This document shows positions 41,626 to 51,678 of a DNA stretch of 64,000 bases, in pieces. Position 1 is the stretch's first letter; each line of letters starts with the position of its first letter. This DNA comes from Thermodesulfobium acidiphilum (GTDB lineage: Bacteria; Thermodesulfobiota; Thermodesulfobiia; Thermodesulfobiales; Thermodesulfobiaceae). Made by a program: the position numbers and the translations under genes. Below the pieces are notes generated by a model. It was not told the origin of the DNA and searched no databases. It worked only from the letters and a program-made list of their open reading frames with translations. The DNA lies in the NCBI RefSeq assembly GCF_003057965.1, contig NZ_CP020921.1, positions 670,916 through 734,915 on the forward strand. Direction: 5' to 3'.

Positions 41626-42822
41626 ATGAGTAAAGCTGAGTGTGAATTATATTTTAAAAAAATAGATTCAAAAGGCTTCAGGGTAAAGTATTGGGACGAA
41701 GAAGTTGTAGATTACGGCAAAGGTGAACCCAATTTTACCATAACCTTTAAGAAAGATCTGGCAGATTTTTCTATAAAAGAAGGAGACTTAACAGAGCTAA
41801 TAGAAGATAACGCTGAAGAAATTATAGATATTGATGGAAAGATAGATGATATATGCGCTGCGTTTGGTTTTAATCAGGAGACTGATACCTTTAAAACTAT
41901 AAAAAGACAAATTTTATTATCCATTGCTGAACTATTAATAAACGTCAGGAAAGAAAGACAAAAAAAAGAAGTCCAATCTCACTATGATCTTGGTAACGAC
42001 TTTTTCTCTTTATGGCTGGATGACACTATGACTTATTCATGCGCATACTTTAAGGATCCAAATATGAGCTTACGCGATGCCCAGATAGAAAAGATAAATC
42101 ACACTCTTAAAAAATTAGACTTGAAAAAGGATGAAAGGCTTCTCGACATAGGAAGTGGCTGGGGTCATTTAATACTAAAAGCTGCACAGGAATATGGAGT
42201 AAAGTGTATGGGAATAACCTTAAGTGAGGAGCAATTTAGGGCGACTAAGGATCTTATAAAAAGATCAGGACTTGAAGATAGAGTTGAAGTAAGACTTATG
42301 AACTATCTTGACCTTGATGAAAATAAATTGCAATTTGATAAGATAGTTAGCGTTGGGATGTTTGAACATGTTGGGAAAGAGAATTTAGAGAAATACTTTG
42401 AGAAGATCAATAAACTTCTTGTTGATAAAGGTTTATCTCTACTGCATACGATAACCTTGCCTGAAGTTTCCGAAGAAGATTCTTTTAGCATCTGGTTAAA
42501 GAAATATATTTTTCCTGGTGGTTATATTCCAGAGTTGAGAGAATTGGTTAGTATTTTGCCCAAATATGACTTTCATCTTATGCATCTTGAAAGCTTAAGA
42601 ATGAATTACGCCTTGACGCTTGATAAATGGTATGAAAATTATTCTCTTCACGCCAAAGAGATAGAAGAAAAATTTGGGAGACAATTTATGCGTCGTTGGG
42701 GGTTTTATCTAAAAGGTTGTGCAAACGCTTTCAGAACATCTGGCCTTGATGTTCATCAACTTCTCTTTTCAAAGGGCCTCAATAACGATATGCCTTTGAC
42801 GTTCGAGTATATATACAAATAA
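41626..42822 (+). CDS. cfa: Cyclopropane-fatty-acyl-phospholipid synthase
   Basis: HYDLGNDFF.LWLD..MTYSCAYF, LDIGSGWG, SVGMFEHVG, YIFPGG; ATG after GGAG (the ORF track wrongly extends through the tRNA). Confidence 0.92.
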   Translation: MSKAECELYFKKIDSKGFRVKYWDEEVVDYGKGEPNFTITFKKDLADFSIKEGDLTELIEDNAEEIIDIDGKIDDICAAFGFNQETDTFKTIKRQILLSIAELLINVRKERQKKEVQSHYDLGNDFFSLWLDDTMTYSCAYFKDPNMSLRDAQIEKINHTLKKLDLKKDERLLDIGSGWGHLILKAAQEYGVKCMGITLSEEQFRATKDLIKRSGLEDRVEVRLMNYLDLDENKLQFDKIVSVGMFEHVGKENLEKYFEKINKLLVDKGLSLLHTITLPEVSEEDSFSIWLKKYIFPGGYIPELRELVSILPKYDFHLMHLESLRMNYALTLDKWYENYSLHAKEIEEKFGRQFMRRWGFYLKGCANAFRTSGLDVHQLLFSKGLNNDMPLTFEYIYK

Positions 42823-42986
42823 TTTCGGTATATATTTTTCTCAAGAAATCTGCAAAATTTTTCCAACTGTCATTGATTGTTACCAAATTATTAAATAAGT
42901 GAATTTAGGGTAGTTTTTTGATACTGCTAATGGTCTTTAGTAAAATTTTAATTTAAATATGATTGTTATTTTTAAGGAGATTTAAA

Positions 42987-43585
42987 ATGGGTAACGAGCG
43001 CGAATGGAAATGTAAAAGGTGTGCTAGTTTGCCTGTTATAAGTAATGAAGAAGAAACAGTTATGTTTCGCTGTGATGTGGATTTGTTACAAAATAAACTT
43101 TATAATACTCTTAATGAAATTGGGATTTGAACTGATAAATGATGGCGAAACGCTAAAAATTGAAACAAAAAATTTCAACAGTTTTTAGAGTTTTTTCGAC
43201 GCAACCGTATTCAGAGATTGAGCAAGAAGGTATTCATGTTTTATTTCTGAAAAAAGATGAGACTTTAAAATTTTCCGCTTTGTCAAACACTAAAACTCTT
43301 AAAAAATGGCTTTTTCTATTAAACAACGTAGATTTTATAAATATATTTGAAAACAAGTCATTAACCACATACTTTCAGCCTATTCTGGAACTAAATAATA
43401 TGCAAATAAAGGCTTATGAGTGCTTAACAAGAGGTGTCAAGGCTGATGGAAACCTTATGGCGCCCAATCTACTTTTAAACTTGCAATAGAGAATGATCTT
43501 TTGTTCTTTCTTGATAGACTATGTAGAGAAAATGCGATAAAGACTGCTACGGTTAAAAACATTAATTGCGATTTATTTATTAACA
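42987..43585 (+). pseudogene. EAL-domain c-di-GMP phosphodiesterase, frameshifted and truncated
   Basis: AAGGAG RBS then ATG; pieces in different frames: MGNEREWKCKRC.., FQPI...YECLTRG, then LDRLCRENAI...LFIN, where it breaks off. Confidence 0.75.
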
Positions 43586-43715
43586 AGGATAGATCTAACT
43601 GATACTTCTTGTATCCCTTTGTCAGCTTTTCATTGTCTATTAGCTTTACAGAATCTAAATCAATGTGTTCTCTGATATCCTTTGGAAAGAACCTGCTTAT
43701 AAAAGTTCTCGTATC
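43586..43715 (-). pseudogene. Fragment of Rpn/YhgA-like (Transposase_31) nuclease gene
   Basis: RTFISRFFPKDIREHIDLDSVKLIDNEKLTKGYKKYQLDLS resembles the Rpn N-terminal F..FLP....IDL..L.L....(S/L)DL pattern. Confidence 0.5.
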
Positions 43716-45091
43716 CAATTCATTTGAAGAGATAGAAGGAAAGATAAAGCAAATTAAGCACAAGTTCTTTCAGGCAAAAACAAGAAACAATAAGATGAAT
43801 CTTCAAAAAAGAGACAAAGAACTAAGGAAAAGGTTATCTGAAATGCTAAATAAAGTTATTCCATTTGAAGACTCTGAGAAAATAGCTAACTTTGATATCT
43901 TTGACCAGAATTCAAGCGCTGATTGGTTTGACCCTGAGTGGATGTTTGGCTTAAGAGATGGCTTTGATATTGTAATCGGAAATCCACCGTATGGAATTAA
44001 AGTCTCTCAAGTTGATCTTTCAAAATATAAATTTAGTGATTCAAAGAATAATTCAGCATCTCTTTTCATTGAGTTTGGTTTTAAGATAACCAAGAATAAT
44101 GGGGTTGTAATCTATATAGTTCCAAAGTCTTTAGCTTATTCTGATGGTTGGTCGAAAACAAGGAAATTTTTGATACTTGAAAATAAATTAAATTCAATAA
44201 TTGATGTTAGTAAAGCATTTGAACACGTTAAGCTAGAACAGGTGATAATTTGTTTTTCAAAATTTCAGCAAAAACAATATAGTATTTCAACAGGTGAGGG
44301 TTGGTTTGATTGTATAAAAAAAATAGGAGAAATTGGAAATTTTTTTGCTCTAAATTTAGATATTTTACCTATTTATATCAATAATACTAAGAAAAACATT
44401 TTAGAAAAGATCAAAGATAAAACTTTATTGCTTGGACAAATTTCTGAAACATGTAGGGAGATGCCTTTTCAGAAAAAAATTAGTAAAAATGGAATTCCGA
44501 TCTTAAGAAGAAGAAATATTGGAAAATATTATATTCATGGAAACCTTGATTTTGTTACGATTTCAAAAGATGAATTGAACATGCCAAAACTAAAAAAACT
44601 TTTAGAAAAAACACCTAAAATTTTGTCTCAAAATATTGTGGCTCATATAATGAATCCTGTAGATAAAGTGCTTATTATGTCTACTATTGACTTTGATGGA
44701 AGTTTAACCTTAGAATACGGTAATGAATACATATATAAAAAATGAATTTAAAGATATTTTTTCATATAGTTATATTTTGGGAATTTTGAACTCTAAATTA
44801 TCAGAATGGTTTTATTACTGGTTTGTTTATAATAGGGCCATAAGAACTATGCATTTTGATAAATATTATATTGGCAAACTTCCAATAAAAAAAATTGATA
44901 CATCCAATCAAAATATTGTTTCTGAAATAGAATCAAAGGTTGAAGATATTCTTACTATTAAACAAAAAGATAGTAGTTCAGATACCTCTCAACTTCAAAG
45001 AGAAATAGATGGATTGGTTTATCAGCTTTATGACTTAATTAAGGGTGAAATAAAAATCATCGAGAAGGGGGTTTATAATAGGGATAGATGA
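43716..45091 (+). pseudogene. Type IIG (Eco57I-like) restriction-modification enzyme, C-terminal remnant with frameshift
   Basis: WFDPEWMFG..DGFDIVIGNPPY, YILGILNSKL, EIDGLVYQLY; no SAM motif I or nuclease domain; extra A near 44714 (removal restores LTLDTVMNTY). Confidence 0.85.
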
Positions 45092-45176
45092 AATTTCTGA
45101 AGAAAAGAACTTAAATAAAATATACGATGCATTTTTATTTGGTTTTTTTACTGATTTTCTAAAATCAAGCGAGGAT

Positions 45177-46859
45177 TTGCCAGATTCAAGCTTAAAGGAT
45201 TTTTGTCGTTTAGAATCTTTGTTCTGGTTAAATAATTTCGATGAATATTACGAATATATAAAAGAATTAAGTTCTAAAGATAAAAATATAGGATATTTGC
45301 TTGAATTTAATTTTAAACTTTTTGCTCTTGAATATATTCCAAAACTTTATGTGGAAAAGTTTAAAGAGAATAAAACCTACGAATATAAAGAGGAATTTAA
45401 AAGTCTTTTACCTGAATTTTATCGTATTTTAGAAAAGCCAATAGACAGAGTAGCTTCTCCTTTTTATTTAGAAGTTTTACTCAATATATTTATTATATAT
45501 TTAGGTATTGCTGAAAAACTATTTGATGTCAAAAAGCTTCCACTTTCCGATCATATAAGACTAAAAACAAACATTTTTACAAAACTTCAGCAGATAGAAT
45601 CAGAATTTCAAAATCAAAGTTTTAATACAGAAGAAGATAAAATCTGGCAAACTCTTATTTACAAAGGATTAGCTAATGTTTACTCTTATTATGATGAGTT
45701 TTCACATATAGAAAGGCTATACTATGAAAAATCTTTGACAATTAGATCGAATGTGTTTGCTTTGTTAGATATGATTGATTATATTTTCGATGATGATGAA
45801 AAAGAATATGAAGCATGGAATTATCTTAAAAATTTTGAGAAATATTTTAATTATGAAAAATCGTTAGATGAAACAGAATATTTTATTTTTTTTGATAAGA
45901 AAACACAATTTTCAGGATATCAAAGTAATCAAGAAATAAAGGATAGTTATATAAGAGCTATCAGATCAATTGAGAAAATGAAATATAAAACAATTTATGA
46001 AAGTTATTTTTACTATAATTTAGCCCTATTTTTAGAGGACGAAGAAGATTATTTAAGAAGTGAAGAAAATCTTAATAAGTCATTAGAAATACTAAAAAAT
46101 GCTTGTCAAATACCCGATCTAAGTTATAAATCAGATATAAAAAACAGAGAGAATTTGATTTATTTTTTAGATGATTTTGAAGATTATCTTTATGAGATAT
46201 GTTTTTGCCAAATTAATTTAAATAAAGTAGAAAGTTACGAAGAAACTCTTGCAAATATGGAAAACATTAAGGACGAATTAAGTTCTCAGGACTATTATGA
46301 CGAAAAAACTGATATTTCCTATGATATAACTCTTTTAAGGTCAAAAATTCTTGAAAATATAGAGAAATATGATGATTTGATCAAGATAATTGAGAATTGT
46401 TTAAACGAAAACAGAAATCTGCTTTCTGATGAACAAAAATCAGAATTAAAGGCGAGACTTGCTGTTGCATATTTAAAAGTTGATAATTTAGATAAATATA
46501 ATAAATTGGTAAAAGAGGCTATTGATTTGGATTCTAATAATAGAACTGTATTAGAAATAGCGGTAAAGAGAGATTATTTAAAAACTAAGTTTTTATCAAA
46601 GAAGCATTGGTATGAAATAATCAAAAGCTTTTCAATTCCATTTGTTATTTTTACACTAATTATTATACCTTTATTTAAAATCCATTTAATTCCTGAATTG
46701 TATGGCTTAATTTATAATTTACTTATTATAATTGCAATAGCTTGTTGTTTGCCGCCCGTAATTGCATTTATTTATCCGATTGTTTCAAGGATATCAATAG
46801 GTAATACTGTAATAGATTTTGAACTACCTCACAAGGAAAGAAAATCCGATTTGCACTAA
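45177..46859 (+). CDS. Hypothetical TPR-like helical protein with two C-terminal transmembrane segments
   Basis: 560 aa open frame, TPR-like LA.VY/YYEKSL and YNLA/LNKSLE repeats, hydrophobic C-terminus; frame also open upstream to about 45078. Confidence 0.65.
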   Translation: MPDSSLKDFCRLESLFWLNNFDEYYEYIKELSSKDKNIGYLLEFNFKLFALEYIPKLYVEKFKENKTYEYKEEFKSLLPEFYRILEKPIDRVASPFYLEVLLNIFIIYLGIAEKLFDVKKLPLSDHIRLKTNIFTKLQQIESEFQNQSFNTEEDKIWQTLIYKGLANVYSYYDEFSHIERLYYEKSLTIRSNVFALLDMIDYIFDDDEKEYEAWNYLKNFEKYFNYEKSLDETEYFIFFDKKTQFSGYQSNQEIKDSYIRAIRSIEKMKYKTIYESYFYYNLALFLEDEEDYLRSEENLNKSLEILKNACQIPDLSYKSDIKNRENLIYFLDDFEDYLYEICFCQINLNKVESYEETLANMENIKDELSSQDYYDEKTDISYDITLLRSKILENIEKYDDLIKIIENCLNENRNLLSDEQKSELKARLAVAYLKVDNLDKYNKLVKEAIDLDSNNRTVLEIAVKRDYLKTKFLSKKHWYEIIKSFSIPFVIFTLIIIPLFKIHLIPELYGLIYNLLIIIAIACCLPPVIAFIYPIVSRISIGNTVIDFELPHKERKSDLH

Positions 46860-46894
46860 ATAAGCCAAAATCAATAACCAAAATCCAATCTAAC
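46833..46894 (+). repeat. Imperfect ~60 bp direct repeat, copy A
   Basis: aaggaaagaaaatccgatttgcactaaataa...aaccaaaatccaatcta; matches copy at 48246-48300. Confidence 0.7.
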
Positions 46895-47151
46895 ATTATC
46901 CCTCCCCTCATTGATAAAAATGTCAAGTGTTTCAAGTATTGAAGATTGTAAAACAATTGGTCAAAAAGTTCAAAAAAGGTATAGTAAAACATGATGTTGT
47001 ATGGAAGAGAAGAGTATCTAAAAAAAATAGAAAAACAAAAACAATTGATCCTATAAAATAAACCTAAGGACAATATTGGGAAAAATGAATTTGAACGTTT
47101 TCGTTCTTATGAGAAGAATTTGTTCAGGATTTCTACTATCTTTGGAATAAA

Positions 47152-48015
47152 TTATTTGCTATCTAAGTAAGTATTGTTTCTATTGTATTCTTTATTTACA
47201 CGTTCCTTAAAAAATTTTATAAAATCTGGAAATGTTTCTTCTTTTATAATATCCTGTACATTAAAAATATGAAGATAAGCATGCCTGGAAGAATATATTC
47301 CCAATCTTTTAATTTCACAATTTGATGGCAAACCGTCAATACCGCCAATTTTATAAAGTATATAATATCCAAGTAATTGATTTAAATATTCTTGAGTTAA
47401 TATAAAATTTTTTGTAGTTTTAATATCTATGATTGCATTATCTATTACTATATCACAATCTGCTCCTCTAATAAGTTAAGATGCTTAACCAAATGTTGGA
47501 TTTAATATATATTGTTTTTGATATAAAATATTCAGGTTTTACTATTGATATTAAATTTTTTAGATCTTCTATATCTTTTTCATCAATATTTCCTAAATCT
47601 TTATCTACCAATCCAGCTCTATATATATAATATCTATTTGACCTAACAACAATGTTATTTTGAGTAAATTTGAATTAATTTCGCCTTTATTAATAAAATC
47701 TTCGTAAACTTTTTTTGCTTCGTGTATAATTTTCGCTGTTTTTTTATAAATTGAAGTACCAAATAATGGATCATCTACTCTATATTCTAATAAACGAAGA
47801 GATGACATAGCTACCCATTCGTGTTCTATAGCATTTGGATTTTTATTTTTTATATAAAAACGAAGTAAATAATCAAATGCTGTTCCAACCAATGGATAAT
47901 TTAGTTGATAAGGGAGGGAATAATAATTCTGACTTAGTTTTTAATGAAGGCACTTTAAAAAATTTTAAAAGTTTCTTTAATTTCTTTGTTCTTATAAAAA
48001 AGATGTTAGACTCAA
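47152..48015 (-). pseudogene. PD-(D/E)XK (RecB/Cas4-like) nuclease pseudogene
   Basis: GGAGG RBS, TTG start MSLTSFL; VGTAFDYLLRF, LNPTFG, GADCDIVIDNAIIDIKT, QLLGY; several frameshifts and in-frame stops. Confidence 0.7.
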
Positions 48016-48245
48016 AATATACCTCCATAAATTTTAAATTTTGATTATTGGTAAAAAAATTTATACAAAAATATAGGTTTACTAGTCTATAAAGATTAAT
48101 TCCAATTTTTTTCTGTAAATTTGTCCTTTGATAGAATCAATTGAAATTGATCTTACTTCAAGGTTGTAAATCTCATTTACTCAATGTCAATAACAACTCC
48201 TTATTTACTCTTATGGAAAACAAAAAGTAACCTGATCTTTGATAA

Positions 48246-48300
48246 AAGGATAGAAAATCAAATTCGTACTAATTAATTTAAAACCAAAATCCAATCTACC
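48246..48300 (+). repeat. Imperfect ~60 bp direct repeat, copy B
   Basis: aaggatagaaaatcaaattcgtactaattaa...aaccaaaatccaatcta; 17 bp exact core shared with 46876-46892. Confidence 0.7.
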
Positions 48301-48363
48301 CCAATCACTAAATAAGTTTATAATATTTTGTGATGAAAAAATAAATTTGAAGGGAAGATTGCG

Positions 48364-50601
48364 ATGAACGACAAAGTGAAGGTAACCTGGACTATTACTG
48401 ATGAAGCGCCATATCTTGCTACATTTTCCTTGCTCCCCATAGTAAAGAAATTTTTTGATGTGTCAGATATCGAGATAGATATAAAGGATATCTCTCTTTC
48501 GTCAAGGATATTGGCCAATTTTTCTGACTTTCTAACTGAAGAGCAAAGGGTCTCTGACGATCTTTCTATTCTTGGTGAACTTGTAAACCAGCCAGATACC
48601 ATTCTCATAAAGCTGCCAAACATAAGCGCTTCTCTTCCACAACTGAAGATTGCCATAAAGGAATTGCAGTCAAAAGGATACAATCTGCCTGATTATCCAG
48701 ATGAGCTAAAATCAGATTGGGATGAGCAGATAAGAGAGAGATATTCCAGAGTATTGGGCAGCGCTGTGAACCCGGTATTAAGGCAGGGGAACAATATTCG
48801 CGCGGTCCCTAGGTCTATCAAAGAAACAGCCAAAAAATTTCCTGAGTTGATGGGACTTCCTTTAAAGGAGTGGAGTTCATCTTCTAAGACTCACGTTTCA
48901 CACATGACTGATGGGGATTTTTATGGCCATGAAAAATCAATAACTCTTTCAAAGAATACCAAAGTAAGGATAGAGTTTATAGATAAAAGCGGCAGTGTTT
49001 TCGTCTTTAGAGAGCTGAATCTTTTGGACAAAGAGATATTTGACGGTTCATTTATAAGCATAAAGGCCTTGTCTGATTTTTACGAAGATCAGATAAAGGA
49101 TGCAAAGAGAGAGGATATATTGTGGTCGTTACACCTTAAAGCCACCATGATGAAGATATCCGATCCAGTATTATTTGGCCATGCTATCAGGACATACTTT
49201 AAGGAAGTATTTGCAAAGCATCAAGACACTTTCAATGAGATAGGAGTCAATCCAAACAATGGATTAAGCGATATCCTTTCAAAGCTAAAAAAATTATCTG
49301 ATGACAAGAGAACTGAAATAGAGAAAGATATAGAGGCTACTTATGAGAAAAATCCAGGTTTGTATATGGTAGATTCAAACAAAGGGATTACAAATCTTCA
49401 TATGCCTAATCTTGTCCTTATAGACGCCTCAATTCCAACCATCATTAGAGACGGAGGAAAAGCCTGGGGTCCAGATGGTATGCTTCATGACGTAAAGATA
49501 GTTATTCCTGATAGGTCGTACGCTACCATATATGCTGAAATAGTTGAAGATTGTAAGAAAAATGGAGCTTTTGACAGAACTACTATGGGAACTGTTATAG
49601 ATATCGGTCTGATAGCAATGAAAGCTGAAGAGTACGGATCTCATGACAAGACTTTTATAGCTCCTGATGATGGAGTTTTCAGAGTGGTAGATACTGAAGA
49701 CGGCCAAATTCTTATGCAGCACTCTGTAGAAAAGGGTGACATATGGAGAGGTTGCCAGGTAAAGGATGTGGCTATCAGAAACTGGGTTCAAATTGCTGTA
49801 GAAGAAACTAAGAAAAATAATCTTCCTGCCATATTCTGGCTGGATGAAAACAGACCTCATGATAAAGAGGAGATCAAAAAGGTTAGAGAATATTTGAAAA
49901 CTTATGACCTAACAGGTCTGGATATAAAGATAATGAAGCCCTTGGATGCAATGAAAGCTACTCTAAAGATGATTAGGAAAGGACAGGATGTGATTGCAGT
50001 AACTGGGAATATATTAAGAGATTATCTTTCTGATCTCTTTCCTATATTGGAAGTAGGAACCAGCGCAAAAGTATTTTCTATAATCCCCCTTCTTTCAGGT
50101 GGTCGCATGTTTGAGACTGGTGCAGGAGGTAGCGCACCAAAGCATGTAGAGCAATTTCTGGAAAAAAATCACTTGAGATGGGATTCTATTGCAGAATTTG
50201 TAGCCATTTCTCAAAGTCTGAGGTTTATTTTTGATAAGTATAACCTTAGAAAAGCTTTTGTTTTAGGCAATGCCTGTGAAGGTGCAATATCTGATATACT
50301 CTCAAATAAAAAATGGCCGTCGAGGAAGGTTGGGGAGATAGACAATAGAGGAGAACACTATTATTTCATGAAATATTGGGCCAATCATCTTTCGAATCAG
50401 AAAGAGGATATTGACATAAAAGAAAAATTTTTAAAAGTAAAGATTGAACTTGATAAAAATGAAGACAAGATTAACGAAGAGCTTTTGAGCGTTCAAGGTA
50501 AAAAGGTTGAGATAAATGGCTATTATAGGCCAGATAAGGACATAGTAGAAAGGCTAATGCGTCCAAGCTCGATTTTAAACAATATAGTGGACAATATATA
50601 A
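48364..50601 (+). CDS. icd: Monomeric NADP-dependent isocitrate dehydrogenase
   Basis: [60 protein letters not shown]. Confidence 0.95.
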   Translation: MNDKVKVTWTITDEAPYLATFSLLPIVKKFFDVSDIEIDIKDISLSSRILANFSDFLTEEQRVSDDLSILGELVNQPDTILIKLPNISASLPQLKIAIKELQSKGYNLPDYPDELKSDWDEQIRERYSRVLGSAVNPVLRQGNNIRAVPRSIKETAKKFPELMGLPLKEWSSSSKTHVSHMTDGDFYGHEKSITLSKNTKVRIEFIDKSGSVFVFRELNLLDKEIFDGSFISIKALSDFYEDQIKDAKREDILWSLHLKATMMKISDPVLFGHAIRTYFKEVFAKHQDTFNEIGVNPNNGLSDILSKLKKLSDDKRTEIEKDIEATYEKNPGLYMVDSNKGITNLHMPNLVLIDASIPTIIRDGGKAWGPDGMLHDVKIVIPDRSYATIYAEIVEDCKKNGAFDRTTMGTVIDIGLIAMKAEEYGSHDKTFIAPDDGVFRVVDTEDGQILMQHSVEKGDIWRGCQVKDVAIRNWVQIAVEETKKNNLPAIFWLDENRPHDKEEIKKVREYLKTYDLTGLDIKIMKPLDAMKATLKMIRKGQDVIAVTGNILRDYLSDLFPILEVGTSAKVFSIIPLLSGGRMFETGAGGSAPKHVEQFLEKNHLRWDSIAEFVAISQSLRFIFDKYNLRKAFVLGNACEGAISDILSNKKWPSRKVGEIDNRGEHYYFMKYWANHLSNQKEDIDIKEKFLKVKIELDKNEDKINEELLSVQGKKVEINGYYRPDKDIVERLMRPSSILNNIVDNI

Positions 50602-50615
50602 AAATCAAAATCTAT

Positions 50616-50669
50616 GTTGGCCGCTAAACTTAGCGCAAGTTTTACCGTGGCGTCCATTTAGCGGTCAAC
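50616..50669. terminator. Inverted repeat between convergent genes (probable terminator)
   Basis: GTTGGCCGCTAAA ... TTTAGCGGTCAAC followed by T-rich tract. Confidence 0.5.
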
Positions 50670-50673
50670 TTTA

Positions 50674-51566
50674 TTATTTATTTTCTGGCAAGAATTTCTT
50701 TTCTAGATCTCTAATTTCGGGGAATCCTATTAATTTATTAAACTCTTGAAATGGGAAAATCCTGTCCTGCAGGTTTTTATTTGTGCCATCTTTATAAAGT
50801 TGATTAAGCGTTTCATAAAGAGCTTTTGCAGCTGCATAAATAGTTGGCACAGGAACACTTATCCTTGAAAATCCCATATCTTCAAGTTCTTTAAAGCTAA
50901 GAAGTGGAGTCCATTATCTATCCCATTATCCTAAAAAACCCTTAAATGTAGTGCCTACTGAAAATATTACTCCTGACTTTATTGTATAAAATGCTATAAT
51001 TTTTCTATGTTTGTAAGAATAAAAACAACACCCAAAAGCCCAAGAAAGTCTGTTCAGATTGTTACATCTTATAGAATAGGCGGCAAGGTCAAACAGAGGA
51101 TTGTAAAGCATGTAGGCATAGCGCGAGACGATAAATAATTAGAGGAGCTTAAATCTTTAGCCTATTCTATAAAGGTAAAACTTGAAACAGAAAATCATCT
51201 CCCTATGGCCACATCTTTTTGGCTATATCTGATCTTCGAGGTTTATTCCAGCTATACCCGCTTGTTCGAATTCCTGGACTATTCTAATAACGTTTAGAGA
51301 GTTCCCATATCTCGTGTCTTTATTTGCCATTACTGGAATATTTACAGCATTACAGATGTTATGGGTATGGCGCAAAACTTCGTCAAAACTCAAAAGGCCT
51401 ATATCTGGTTTTCCGAGTAAACTTGCGCTAAATCCATATCCTGACAACTGTACAGCTTTAAAGCCAGCAAGTTCTACCATCTTGCAGAAAGACAATCATA
51501 GGCACCAGGCATTACTAAAATTTCCTTTGCTTTTATTAAATCTAAAAGTACTTTTGCTTTAGACAT
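50674..51566 (-). pseudogene. Isocitrate lyase/PEP mutase-family gene (PrpB/Dml-like), disrupted
   Basis: MPGAYDCLSA then frameshift, SGYG.SASLLGKPD.GL, EDQI*PKRCGH; middle missing; C-terminal TPLLSFKELEDMGF piece. Confidence 0.85.
50911..51203 (+). mobile_element. IS1634-family insertion sequence, left-end fragment
   Basis: ATG 51007: MFVRIKTTPKSPRKSVQIVTSYRIGGKVKQRIVKHVG..*LEELKSLA, a typical IS1634 transposase N-terminus; interrupts the lyase gene. Confidence 0.75.
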
Positions 51567-51678
51567 TTTTTAGCTCCTCATTTAAGAATTATTTAGATTA
51601 TACTTAGATATTTTAACTATCTTCTAGTATTATATTAAAAATATCTTTTATAATTAATTAACAGAAAATTGAAAGGAC

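Noticed and set aside
43609..44745. 378 aa ORF as an intact DNA methyltransferase
   Set aside because: It lacks SAM-binding motif I, its N-terminus is antisense Rpn-like sequence, and its C-terminus is frameshifted.
46920..47150. Degraded ATPase-like ORF (LYGREEYLKKI..LIL*..IGK)
   Set aside because: Too short and interrupted to support an assignment.
50616..50669. Integron attC site
   Set aside because: The ends read GTT...AAC, the reverse of the RYYYAAC...GTTRRRY arrangement, and no integrase is present; better explained as a terminator.
41595..51600. Prophage or ICE integrated at tRNA-Ala
   Set aside because: No integrase, phage or conjugation genes, and no duplicated tRNA 3' end was found by eye.
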